Source: Squalus acanthias (Eukaryota). Taken from it: a stretch of DNA of 64,000 nt. Below, piece by piece: positions 24,876 through 37,460 of the stretch (its first letter is position 1; each line of letters begins with the position of its first letter). The stretch is taken from positions 143,594,001-143,658,000 of the forward strand of contig CM059431.1 in NCBI GenBank assembly GCA_030390025.1, in the 5' to 3' direction. The notes under the pieces are model-generated. The model saw only the letters and a program-made list of their open reading frames with translations. It did not search any database and had not been told where the DNA came from. The position numbers and the translations under genes were made by a program.

Positions 24876-26752
24876 AAAATTTTAACTTTTTTCCCCCTTT
24901 ATGATTCATTGCCGCACAGTTCCAGGTTATCAATGTGTGCTTTGACTGCAGGAAAATATTCCGCAAGCATTGCCAGCTGTGCTGTTATCCAGTAAATTCC
25001 CCCAAATACTTTTATGAGCACTCAATTGAAATCAAATGATAAAAATATGTCGATGGATCATGTACCTCCATCCAACACGTTAGAAATATATTAAGTTATT
25101 GGGTTCAAATAAACTGATGGAAATTGATTCTGTATCTACATATATAGAACTGGAACACGCCATCGCACCGTGTGAGGCTACATTGAATGTGTGGCTATTG
25201 TACAGCTGGTATTAGGGAAAACAATTAAAAACACGCTGGGCCATTTTTATGATAATTTTCCTGCATCTAATAACTGTATTGTTTCAATGTAAAACGTTGT
25301 AAAACACTGCGGTCTGACAGCAGGCACATGCGAACATGATGCAATATCTGTGTAGGCGTCATGCTCTGGAACTCCCTGCCTAAACCCCTCCACCTTTACC
25401 CCTCCCTCACCTCCTTTCAGACCCTCCTTAAAACCGAAGGCTTTGAGCAGTTTGGGTCAACCATCTTAACAGTTCCATAATTGTACAATGTAATCAGGTA
25501 AATGACGCCGAGCAAAGGGGCATAAAACACTAAATATAAGAATGAGCTCACAAATATCAGGCGCAGTGCGGGTCTGGTCAACGTCAAACACCTCCTTTCT
25601 CATTCAATAGAGGAAGAAGAGACTCAACGGGAGTCAGACGCCAGAAAGTTTAATAAATTGAAGAACAAAAGACACAAATACAAGTAACATCTATTTTCAA
25701 ATCTTATCAAAGCACATTTATTCCACTTTATATAAAAGCTGACCGCCATGATTTTGAAAATGAGCAGCATGTGGTTTGTGTTCACGAGTGACTTGTATTC
25801 CTATGCTTGTCCTTCAAGTTTGCAATTCACTTTGTATTGGATATTGAAGAGACTCGCCTTTCAAGATGAGGTCACAACGCACCACGTGTAAAGCAACCGA
25901 CTTGTACAATGACACATGGAGTTTGTCCAACCCCTGTGCTACCAGAGCCTTTCAGCGGCTAGATTGATGACATAATTTGCAGAATATGACAACAAAATTA
26001 CTCCATCGTCATTGAAAGTTATCGATCATTTTTCTAAGTAAGGGTCCTGTGCACAATGAACAAGTGAAAAAAAGTTTCACTTTTTTAACCCTATTAATTC
26101 CTTTCATAATTCTAAAAACCTCAATGAAATCAGCGCTTAACCTTCTATATTACAAGGAATACAAGCCTAGTTTATGTAATCTCGCCTCATAATCTAACCA
26201 TTGGACCCTGGAAACATTCTGGTGGATCTGTGCTGCACTGCTTCCGAGGCCAATGTCTATCCTATCTGAGGTGCCTGGCTCAGAACTGTACAGAGTCCTC
26301 CAGAGGTGTTTGTACAGCTGAAGCAAAGCTTTCTCCCCTTTAAATAACTGCCCCTGTAACAGAATATAATGTTCATGTGATTGAATTGTATATACCAACT
26401 CGGCAAAATAAGGACTCGTCTGATTGAAATAAACTCTTAAAAAAATTCGATTTGAAATCAATTCCACAAATAAGTATTTTTTTTAACGAAACTGTGGAAG
26501 AATTCCGGGTTCAAGTTTCAGTGTCAGTGAATCAGGGGAACTTCGTCAATCACCGCTCACTGTGTATCGACACGGCAGAGGCTCCAACACCTCTGACAAT
26601 ATTGTGTTTCCAAACTCTCAGTTTTCAAAATGGAATTGGATAATTACTTGAAAGGGAAACATGTGCAGGTCTATGGAGAAAGAGCAGGGGAGTGGGATTA
26701 ATTGGGGTATTTCAAGGAGCCGGCACAGGCACGATGGCCGAATTACCTCCTT

Positions 26753-28378
26753 CTAAGAACATAAGAAATAAGAGCAGGAGTAAGCCATTTGGCCCTTCGA
26801 GCCTGCTCCTCCATTCAATGAGATCATGGCTGATCTTCTGCCTCAACTCCATTCACCGGCCCTATCGCCATATCCCTTGATGCCCTTACTAGTCAGAAAT
26901 ATATCGACTTCTGTTTTGAATATACCCAATGACTGAACCTCCACAGCCCTTTGAGGTAGAGAATTCCAAAGATTCACCACCCTCTGTGTGAAGAATGTTC
27001 TTCTCCTCTCAGTCCTGAATGGCCTACCCTTTATCCTAAGGCTGTGGCCCCTGGTTCTAGACTCCCCAGCCAAGGGAAACATTGTCCCAGCATCCACCTT
27101 AGCAAGCCCTATAATAATTTTATCTGCTTCAATGAGATCCCCTCTCATTCTTCTGAATTCAAAAGAATACAGGCCTAATTTACTCAATCTCTCTCATACG
27201 ACAGTCCTGCCACACCAGCGATCAATCTCGTGAACCTTCGTTGCACGCCCTCTATGGCAAGTATATCCTTCCTTCGGTAAGGAGACCAAAGTTGTACACA
27301 GTACTCCAGTTTGGTCTCATCAAGGCCCTATATAATTGGAGTAAGACTTCTTTACTCCTGTACTCAAATCCTCTTGTAATGAAGGCCAGCATACCATTTG
27401 CCTTCCCAATGGCTTGCTGTACCTGCACATTCACTTTCAGTGACTCGTGTACAAGAACACCCATGTCTCTTTGAGCATCTGCATTCCCCAATCTTTCACC
27501 ATTTAGGAAATACTATGCTTTCCTTTTTTTCTACCAAACTGGATAACTTCACATTTATCCACATTATATTCCATCTGCCATGTTCTCGCATACTCACTGA
27601 GCCTGTTGAGATCCCCTTGAAGCCTCATCACATCCTCTTCGCAACTGACACTGCCACCTAGCTTTGTATTATCAGCAAATTTGGAAATGTTACAATTAGT
27701 CACCTCATCCAAATCATTGATATAGATTGTGAATAGCTGGGGCCCAAGCACCGATCCTTGCGGTACCACACTAGTCACAGCCTGCCATCCTAAAAAAGTC
27801 CCGTTTATCGCTACACTTTGCTTTCTGTCTGTTAATCAATTCTCAATTAATGCTAGTATATTAGCCCCAATTCCATGTGCCCTAATTTTGTTCACCAACC
27901 CTTTGTATGGGAACTTATCGAAGGCCTTGTGAAAATCCAAATACACCACATCTACCGGTTCCCCTTTGTCTACTCCACTAGTTACATCCTGAATGAACTC
28001 CAATAGATTTGTCAAACAGGATTTCCTTTTCATAAATCCATGTTGACTGTGCACAAAATTACTATTAATTTCTAAGTGCCCAGTTATTGTATCCTTTATG
28101 ATAGAATCCAGCATTTTCCCAACTACTGATGTGAGGCTAACAGGTCTGCAGTTCCCCGTTTTCTTTCTCCCTCCTTTCTTAAATAGCGGGCTAACATTTG
28201 CTATCCTCCAAACTGCAGGAACCGTTCCTGAATCTATAGAATTTTGGAAGATGACAACCAATGCGTCTACTATCCCAATGGCCACCTCTTTCAAAATCCT
28301 AGGATGTAGGTCATCCAGTCCTTGGGATTTATCGACTTTTAGTCCCATTAATTCTGCTAGTACTGTTTTTTTTACTAA
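26753..28378 (-). mobile_element. CR1 LINE, 5'-truncated (RT and 3' end)
   Basis: NCRPVSLTS, YLDFHKAFDK, VPQGSVLGP, KFADNTKLGG; tail (TTCTTATG)n at ~26753. Confidence 0.93.
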
Positions 28379-28542
28379 TAATAAATATTCTGTGCTGTGT
28401 CATTCTATGATTCTACTGCTAGTTCAATGTTTGCCATTCTCTACAACGTTACTCAATAGAGCACCGAAATTCTATTTCTGTAAAACAATTTCCTGAAGTG
28501 CAGCACGGATAATTATGTTCCTGAAACCATTCTTGCTGCCGT

Positions 28543-28615
28543 GTTTCTGTAGTGCAGTGGTTATCATGTTTGCTTAACACACGAAATGTCTCTGATTCGG
28601 AAATGGGCAGAAGTA
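28543..28615 (+). pseudogene. tRNA-Val(AAC) pseudogene
   Basis: GTTTCTGTAGTGCAGTGGTTATCATGTTTGCTTAACACACGAAATGTC...; many CpG-type changes and a degraded B box. Confidence 0.85.
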
Positions 28616-28779
28616 TTTTGAGAACTTGTTCAATTAAATATTAGGAAAACAGAATAATTCATATTTGTGTTTAGATATTAACAATATACAATATCTCACA
28701 ACTGTGTTACATTTGCTGTTTCTCTGTTCGTTTCTAACTCTACAGTTTTTCTGTATCGCTGTATGTAGTGTTGCTGCAA

Positions 28780-29350
28780 CTATAGAAAACCATGGTTGGA
28801 CCACACCTGGAGCACCGTGAGCAGTTCTGAGCACCAAAACTTAGGAAGGATATATTGGCCTTGGAGGCAGTGCAGCGTAGGTTTACCAGAATGATACCCG
28901 GACTTCAAGGGTTAAGATAAAAGGAGAGATTACACAAATTGGGGTGGTATTCACGAGAGTTTAGAAGGTGAAGGGGTGATCTGATCGAAGTTTTCATGGT
29001 ATTAAGGGGAACAGATAGGGTAGGTATTGAGAAATTATTGTCGTTGGCTTGGGATTCTAGGAGTAGGGGACATAGTCAAAAGACATTGCAAGAGTGAAAT
29101 TAGGAAACACTTCTACACATAAAGGGTGGTAGAATGTTGGAAATCTCTACCGCAAATGGCAATTGATGCTAGATCAATTGATAATTTTATATCTGAGATT
29201 GATAGCTTTTTGTTAATCAAAGGTATTAACGGATATGGGCCAAAGGCGGATATATGGAGTTAGGTTGCAGATCAGCCATGATCTAATTGAATGGCGGAAC
29301 AGGCTCGAGGGGATGAATGGTCTCCTCCTGTTCATATGTTCCTATGTTCT
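28780..29350 (+). mobile_element. CR1 3' fragment
   Basis: Same subfamily 3' end as 14935-15470; tail CATATGTTCCTATGTTC. Confidence 0.82.
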
Positions 29351-30069
29351 CTCACTCGCTCCCGGCACCAGCCCTGACGGTGCAGAAAGCGCCTCTCAAA
29401 GCTGTACATTCCGGCTGATATCAGTTGAATTGTGATTCAAGGATCCTGCAGCGCTGCCTCGGTCAACAGCAGCAGTTCGAAGCCGCATTTCAGACGCGGG
29501 AACAAACCCATCAATGATCCGCTCTTCTCCTGCTCCAGAGTGACTGAGGCCGGGACAAGCAGCAACATTCCGGCCCCGCACTCTCCAATCCCCCGCCGCC
29601 TGTGGAAAGCAACGAATGCAGCCTCATTCAGCGGGTTTCTGCCCATCCCTGGAATGCAAGCTGCCACGGCCCGGGCCAAATCTCCCCGTACACCCAGTAC
29701 AGGCTTCCGGGTCACTCAGCCTTCTAGCAGCATTCACAGATACCGGAGTGAGGGAAACTTTCTTTGGGCCTGAATGGGGAAACCCCGGGAGGAAACAATT
29801 TGTGGGAACTTGCTCCTCATGAACGTTTCTTCTCGTGTCAAAGGGGCTACAATCCTTTTAAATTTAACAACGGCTGCAGCAGATTCCTGGCGTCATAAGC
29901 ACTGAACATTTATAAACAAAGTCTTAAAATACAGTGCGCAAAACGAGAAAGGTAAATGTTCAGGACATGCAGAGCAGAAACGCCATTACATTTTCTCTTT
30001 CGCTCGTCAAACATATGAGCATTTCGTTCAGTTGCAACAGGAAGTAATGGGTTTATTGATTGAAATTAA

Positions 30070-30695
30070 TGTAAGTATTCACCGTCTCACAGAGTTAGTA
30101 AGGATAATGTGGACCCCTTCAAGATAGACGCAGGCGACATTGTATTTGAAAATAATGAAATGGCAGACATGTTAAACAATCACATTGTATCGGTCTTCAA
30201 ATTAGAGGGAGAGAAAAACTACCAGAGACATGGGGAAAACGAAAACTCAATCATAGAGAGGGACTGACTAGATTTAATATGATGACTTCCAGCAGGCCTT
30301 TGATGAGACTGTGAGCAAAAATCAAAGCGCATGGAATTTGAGGCAACGTATTGACATGGGCATGGAGGTAGGGGGACACAGAGCAGTGATAAATGGTATG
30401 TACTCCAATTGTCAGAATGTGACTAGTGGTGTCCCCTGGGATCTGGACTGCAGCCTCAGCTTTTCACTATATGAATAAATTACTTAGATGAAGAAATAGT
30501 GAACCTGATGTCCAAGTTTGCTGATGGCACTTAGTTGGGGGCACAGTATGCAGTGTAGATGGGAGCAGTGAATTGTAAAGGGGCATTGATGGATTATGTG
30601 AGAGGACAAAACTGTGATTAATGGATTTCAATGTGGGGAAGTATCTGATTACCCACTTTGGACATAAGAAAGACACGTCAGTGTATTTTCAAAAA
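30070..30695 (+). mobile_element. Degenerate CR1 RT fragment
   Basis: GTGACTAGTGGTGTCCCC, TCCAAGTTTGCTGATG (SKFAD) remnants. Confidence 0.7.
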
Positions 30696-31021
30696 ATATT
30701 GTGATAGAGAATGATTTTTTTTGTGAAATAGCTAATCCTGTTAAATTTAATAAAATGTTGCACCAGATTCCAGGAGTCATAAGCACAGAACATTGCAAAC
30801 CAGGCTCCAAAATACAGTGTGTATAATGTGATAGGGATAAATGTTCATCACATGCAAAGAGCAGACTAAATTATTGAAGCTTCGACTGTCCCTCATTCCC
30901 TTCTTTCATACTGCAAACGAAACTTATCTGTTAATTCATGACAATTACAACATTATTTTCACATTGGATTCATGTAGTCAATTTGATAAAGCTTTGAATT
31001 AACAACTGTTGCAAGAGTCAA

Positions 31022-31094
31022 TCCGCTCAACGGTGATTGAACCCGAACCTAAAGCGACGGAAGGGCCGAATCCTGACCATTAGATCAACAGGGA
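31022..31094 (-). pseudogene. tRNA-Glu pseudogene (mirror of 21462)
   Basis: TCCCTGTTGATCTAATGGTCAGGATTCGGC...GGGTTCAATC; ~200 bp of upstream flank is an inverted paralog of 21270-21460. Confidence 0.8.
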
Positions 31095-31722
31095 ACGTGG
31101 CAACGAATTGTTGGGATAACTTTAATTATAATTGTGTCTATCCGTTTTAGATGCAATTTGATTTTTAACTTGTTTCACAAGTAAATGCAATTCATGAATC
31201 TGCTGCTTGCAGATGTAGTTACATGTATCTGTAATAATTATTCAATTATTGGGGGGCATCTGTCTTCATTCCAAACATATTTTGTAAGTTGTCGGGACCT
31301 GGAACGCTCGACATGAATAGATGATGAAAGCTGATTGATCAATAATTTAAAAGGAGTTGCACAGGTACTTGAGGATCAGGAACTTACAGGGTTAGGGATA
31401 AAAAGCGGGGGTGTGGGACTGAGCACGGCTGCTCTTTCTAAACCATCACAGGCACGACGGGCCGAATGTCCTCCTGTGCTGTGAGTTTCTTTGATTCTAT
31501 ATACACACCCACAGTTTACATTTTCACACGGCCTTGTTTACAGTTCTAACTGTTGTCTACACACCGAAAGTTTAATTAATTTCCAAGAGCTGCTCGACCT
31601 GTTGTGTATTTTGAGCAGTTTCCTGGTTTATTTTCCTGTGATGTGCTGATTCTGCGGGAGAATGACACGATGTTTGAGAAACATTGATATATAGAAACAT
31701 CTCCTCCGTTTATCCAAACGCA

Positions 31723-31797
31723 GACCTCTTGGCGGAACGGAAGCGCGCCGGATTTCTTAGATCAAGAAGGCTGCGTGTTCAAATCACGTCAGGATCT
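31723..31797 (+). pseudogene. tRNA-Trp pseudogene (mirror of 15962)
   Basis: GACCTCTTGGCGGAACGGAAGCGCG...GAAGGCTGCGTGTTCAAATCACGTCAGG; the downstream flank is an inverted paralog of 15810-15960. Confidence 0.85.
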
Positions 31798-32423
31798 GAG
31801 CTTCTTTTTAGCGTTGATTGGAGTCTGGATAATTCCGGAAGAATAATTTATTTGCTTTTTCACAATAAAGAGAACCTTTCAATGAAGTCTTTCTCACTAG
31901 TTCCCCAATGTCATCGAGAGAAGCGCCAGATGCCCTCATTTATTTAATGTAACAAACAGACACAAACACACGTGTTCAGTAAAGTGTTCCACACAGCTTG
32001 ATAAACCCTGGCACCCTCCCCACTCCAGGCGATCTCCCAATGCGCTTCATAGAGGTGTGATCAAAAATATGGAAGCCCAATCCAAACAAGGAGCTATTAA
32101 AACGTCTGTCCAAAAGATTCCTCAAAGCTTACGGTTTTAAGGAGCCTCTTAAAGGAGGAGACGGAAGGTTTTGGGAAGGAAATTCCAGGCAGTGAGGACC
32201 GGTTGTGACAGACTATTTGTAGTGTGAAGAGACCGGAGTCATAGAATCATAGAATCTTAGGATCATAGAATATTACAGCACAGAATGAGGCCATTCGGCC
32301 CGTCCTGCCTCTGCCGGCTCTTTGAAAGAACTGTCCAATTTTGTCCCAAACCCCAGATTTTCCCCATAACCCTGCGAATTAGTTCCCTTCAAATACATGT
32401 CCAATTGCCTTTAGAAAGTTTCT

Positions 32424-32885
32424 AGAAACATAGAACATAGAAACACAGAAAATTAGGAGCAGGAGTAGGCAATTCGGCCCTTCGAGCCTGCTCCGCCATT
32501 CAATATGATCATGGCTGCTCCTTCATCTCAATACCATATTCCCGCTCGCTCCACATACCCCTTGATGCCTTTTGCATCTAGAAATCTATCTACCTCCTTC
32601 TTAAATATATTCAGTGACTTGGCCTCCACAGCCGTCTGTGGTAGAGAATTCCAGAGGTTCACCACCCTCTGAGTGAAGAAATTTCTCCTCATCTCAGTCC
32701 TAAATGTCCTACCCCGTATCCTGAGACTGTGACCCCTCGTTCTAGATCCCCCCAGCCAGGGGAAACATCCTCCCAGCATTCAATCTGTCTAGCCCTGTCA
32801 GAATGTTATACTTTTCAATGAGATCCCCTCTCATTCTTCTAAAGTCTCTTGAATACAGTCCTAGTCGACCTTATCTCCTCATACG
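32424..32885 (-). mobile_element. CR1 3' fragment
   Basis: SRTRGHSLRIRGRTFRTEMRRNFFTQRVV; TTCTATG-type tail. Confidence 0.9.
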
Positions 32886-32887
32886 AA

Positions 32888-34020
32888 AGTGCGGAAGACT
32901 TGTGATCCAGAACTTGCTGCGCCTATATGCAAGTTATTCCATTACAGCTACAACACTGGCATCTACCCGACAAAATGGAAAATTTCCCGGTTATCTCCTG
33001 TCCACAAAGAAACAGGTAAAATCCAATCTGGGCAATTGCCGCCCTTTGATTATACTCTCAGTTATAAGCAACGTGATAGAAGGTGTCATCGACAGTGCGA
33101 TCAAGCCGCACTTACTCAGCAATAAACTGCTCACCGATGCTCAGTTTGGATTCCGCCAAGACCACGCGGCTCCAGACTTGGTCCAAACATGGAAAAAATA
33201 ACTGAATTCCAGTGGGGAGGGGCGAGTGACTGCCCTTGATATCAAGGCAGCTTTTGACCGGGTGTGGCATCAAGGAGCCCTAGTAAAACTGAAGTCAACG
33301 GGAATAAAGGGAAATCATACCGAGCAAAACGTTGGCTGGTCGTGGTTATTGGAGGCCCAGCATCTCAGACTCAGGACATCGCTGCAGGAGTTCCTCAGGA
33401 CCGTGTCCTCAGGCCAATCATCTTCAGCTGCTACATCAATAAACTTCCCTCCATAATAAGGTCAGAAGTCGGGATGTTCACTGATGATAGCACAGTGTTT
33501 AGTGCCATTCACAACTCCTCAGATAATGACGGAGACCATGCCCGAATGCAACAAGACCTGGAAGACATTAAGGCTTGGTCTGACAAGTTGCAAGTAAAAT
33601 TCGCGCCATACATGGACCACGCAATGAATATCTCCCACAACAGAGAGTATAACCACAGCCCCTTGACATTCAATGTTATTACCATAGCCGAATCCCCCAC
33701 CATTAATATCCATTGTCCAGAAACTTAACTGGACCTGCCATATAAATACTGCAGCTGCAAGAGCAGATCAGAGGCTGGGTGTTCTGCGGCAAGTGACTTA
33801 CATTCTGACTCCCCAAAGCCTTTCCACCATCGAATGGCAAAATTCAGGAGAATGATGGGATATTCATCACTTGCCTGAATGAGTGCAGCTCCAACAACAC
33901 TCAAGAAGCTCGACAACATCCAGGACAAAGCAGCCCGCTTGATTGGCACCTCAACCAGCACGTTTAACATTCACTCCCTCCACGATCAATGCACCGTGTT
34001 TGCACTGTGTATCATCTACC
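32888..34020 (+). mobile_element. Second-family LINE RT fragment
   Basis: AQFGFRQDH, ALDIKAAFDRVWH, AGVPQ, MFTDDSTV. Confidence 0.88.
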
Positions 34021-34164
34021 GGGAAACAGATTTAACGTTTCAGGTCGATCGTTTTGCATCATAGAGATGTAACAGGTTTTAAGCAAGTACAGAGGCAGGG
34101 AGAGTTGGGGGGGTAGGTGTACTAAAAGGAAGCTCTGTAATTGGGTGAAAGGCAGGAGTGATCT

Positions 34165-35090
34165 GAATCTGTCCAATTTCGCACGGTGGTTGTGCCACAC
34201 TACATGGTGGAGTGTGTTCTCTGTGTGAAGACGGGATTTCTTCTCCACAAACATTGTGCGGTGGTCACTCCTGCCAATTCTGTCATGGAGAGTTGCTACT
34301 GGGGCTTTTTAGGACGAGTTCAAGTAGGATTTTCCCTCGTGTTGATTCTCTCACCACTTGCCGCAAGCTCAGTCTGGCAGCTATATCCATCAGGATTCGG
34401 CCAGCTCGGTCAGTAATGGTGCTACCGAGCCACTTTAAGTGATGGGCATTGAACTCCCCCACCCAGAGTATATTCTGTTCCCTGTGGTATTTAACAGGGA
34501 GGAGTAATAATTCATCAGTTGAGGTAGGTGGTAAACTGACGGAGGTTTCCTTGGTGATGGAGGAGTCGGGGACATTGGCTGAAAGGTAAGATTCTGTGAG
34601 TATGACTATGTCAGGCTGTTGCTTGACGAGTCTGTGGGACAGCTCTCCCAATTTTGGCACATGTCCCCAGATGTCAGTGAGGAGGAACTTACATGGTTCA
34701 CTGGGCTGGGCGTATCCTTGTCGTGTCGTAATCTAATGTTTAGTGGTATGTCCCATTTTATTCTATTTTTGCAGCGGTTCGATTCAACTGATTGGATTGA
34801 TAGGCCATTTCTAAGGGCAATATATTTCTGCGGGTCTGGAGTCACATATAGGACAGAGCAGGTAAGTATGGCATGTTTCCTTCCAGAAGCGGCTTTAGTG
34901 AAACGGTTGTGTTTATGACAATCTGATAGATTCATGGCCACCAATACCAATATTAACTTTATATTCCAGATTTATTGAATTAATTGAATTTAAATTCACA
35001 AACTGCCACGGTGGAATTTGAATTCACGTCTCCGGATAATTAGCCCAGGCCTCTGGATTTCTATGCCAGAAACGTTACCACTATGCTAAC
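34165..35090 (-). mobile_element. LINE 5' region: tRNA-like head, UTR and APE endonuclease start
   Basis: PKLGELSHRLVKQQPDIVILTESYL and WVGEFNAHH (APE motifs). The upstream region matches the head and body of the SINE at 59705. Confidence 0.8.
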
Positions 35091-35229
35091 GTAATCTGCT
35101 GCTGTTTCTGATAACGTTGATGTTTACAGTCATCGAGAGTGCTCATCCATTTATATATCGTAGTCTGTTGACTATCCCAATCCATTGACAGATCCTAGTC
35201 CATTGACTTTCCCAATCCATTGATATGAT

Positions 35230-36150
35230 CATGAAAAATTGAGTCTCCCACTCCACTCAATTTGCAAAAGGCCTTTGTTAAGGTACCACATCGTAGATCG
35301 AGACTAAGATTCGCGCATGTGGAGTCAGGGGACAAGTAGAAGAATTGAAAACAAACTGGCTACAAAGAAAACAGAGAGCGGGGGTTCCTCAGACTGGCGG
35401 CAGGCCGGAAGTGACTTTCAACAATGATCGGCGCTGGAACCACTGTGTTCACCATTTGCACAATTTTTCTGGTCTCAATAATCTGAAGTGGACTATCAAA
35501 TTTACGGTTGGCACCAAATTGGCAGTTTTAGTTAATGCTGAAGAATACTGCGAGAACATACAGTAAGATGGTAACAAACTTACAGAATGGGAGTGTACAT
35601 GGCAATTTAATTTCAATATAAAATGCGTGTGGGGCTTTATTTTGGGAGGAGGAATAAGATGGCCACATACTCCAACAGTAAAGTTGTATTACACTTGTAT
35701 TGAACCTTGGTTAGATCACACTTGATGTACTGTTCACAGTTTGGACTCAATATTACAAAAGAGGATGTAGAGGCACAGGAGAAGGTGCAAACAAGACTGG
35801 ACTTGCGGCAGGTGGTGAGAAAAACAAACGGGGGAAGAGTCTACTTGACTGAAAGGTTATAACTTTCAAGAACGACTGAACAGGCAGGGAACCTTTTCTC
35901 TAGAAAAGAGAAGGCTGAATGACGACCTAATAGACGATCCAGAATTATCGGTGGGTAGAGGTAGAGAAAATATTTATGATTGTGGGGTATCCAAAATAGT
36001 GCTGATACATATAAGATAGTCACTAATCAATCCAGCAGGAATTCAGGATTAACCATTTTCCCAGAAAGTGTTTAGAATGTGGGACTCGCTGCCACATGGA
36101 GTATGTTGAGGCGAATATCATTAATGCATTGTAAGGGAAGCTAGAGAAGT
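35230..36150 (+). mobile_element. Highly degenerate CR1 RT/3' fragment
   Basis: AAAAGGCCTTTGTTAAGGTACCACAT (KAFDKVPH-like) and 3'-end remnants. Confidence 0.65.
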
Positions 36151-36232
36151 AACGAATACCAATCAGAACCCCAGCTCCGTGTGGTGGAAGATCAATTCAG
36201 AAACTAACATTGCAAATGTTTGGCGTGGAGGT

Positions 36233-36304
36233 GTTGCGGTGATCCAGCGTTAAACAGTCAGTCTTATAAACCGCAGAGCGCGTGTTCATCCCCCGTCCGT
36301 GCCT
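36233..36304 (+). pseudogene. tRNA-Thr pseudogene (third copy)
   Basis: ...CAGTCTTATAAACCGCAGAGCGCGTGTTCATCCCCCGTCCGTGCCT; the 3' half is nearly the same as in the 4261 copy. Confidence 0.78.
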
Positions 36305-37014
36305 CTGATAGTTTTCAACATTTAAGGCGATGTTTAAGCTACACCTCCTCAAAGACAGTACATCCTTCCTCAGGTGCAGTGCCATAAACCGAATGAAGCA
36401 CTCCAGATGGGGTCTCACCAAGCCTCGTTACAACTGAAACATAACTTGTTCCTCTTAGTATTCCAGCCCGCTTGAGATAAAGGCCAACATTCCTTCAGCG
36501 TTTTTGAATGGACCTCTAGCAACTTATTCATCAAACATTAAATCGAATGGGATCCGGCTGGCCACTCACAAAGTTTCTTTTAGCGACTTTGTAGTGAAGC
36601 AGAGTATGTTAGTATGTGTGATTTCCATAGTGAAATTTTAGTAACAGGGCTAGTCTGCTTTGTATTATATACAGGCCTGAGATATAAGCTGTTCGATCGT
36701 GAATTGTAATATAAAACCACTGAAACTGGTGACCTCAGCACCAGAAGTTGAATTACTCTTTTCATGTTAACAAATCCTATGACAAACACACAAAGATCCC
36801 AGGAATATCCGGGACCTGAATGTGTGCGAGATACTGCTCTTAATCCACTCGATAAGGTGGACCATGTCGAGCTGCTTCACCTTGTCCAGAACAGTAGAAC
36901 CAGAGGAAACGACCTGAGATTGAAGGGGGCAAATTCAAAACTAAGCTCTGGAAACATTATTTCAGTGAGCGACTGTCTATCTGTGGAACAGGCTTCCTTC
37001 CTAATCTTCATAAT

Positions 37015-37460
37015 TAAAATTAGAGAACAGGGGAGTTCAGGGGAACACGGGCAGCAAAATTAGAAATAGAATAAAGGGGTATTCAAGGGAACACTGTAAA
37101 TGTTTAATTAGAAATAGAGGGACAGGGGAATAAGGCAACTGATGTTAGAAATAGAGACCAGCGGAACACTTCATTTAGAAGTAGGGGACAGGGGAAGGCA
37201 GCAACTGTTCAATTAGAAATAGAGGACAAGGGATTCAGGGGAGTAAACTTACTGTCGAATTAGAAATAGAATAAAAGGAGACATGGGTTAACACAGTAAA
37301 TAATATTTTTTTAGAACTAGGGGGCTGGGGAGACAGTAACTGTTTATTTAGAAATAGAAGAGACGGGAATGTCAGGGAAACACAGTAACTGTTTAATTCG
37401 AAATACAGAAACACAAGGGAATACAACAACTGATTAATTAGAAACGGGGGACGGGGAATG
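37015..37460. repeat. Irregular ~30-50 bp tandem repeat (core TTAGAAATAGAGG..AGGGGAA)
   Basis: TTAGAAATAG-like core recurs about 11 times. Confidence 0.8.

Noticed and set aside
31723..31797. TTA in the anticodon region as an ochre suppressor
   Set aside because: The anticodon stem does not pair and the loop is enlarged; pseudogene.
32888..35090. Twin-priming 5' inversion of a single LINE
   Set aside because: The inverted 5' part lies downstream of the RT part and the 3' tail is absent, which is the wrong geometry.
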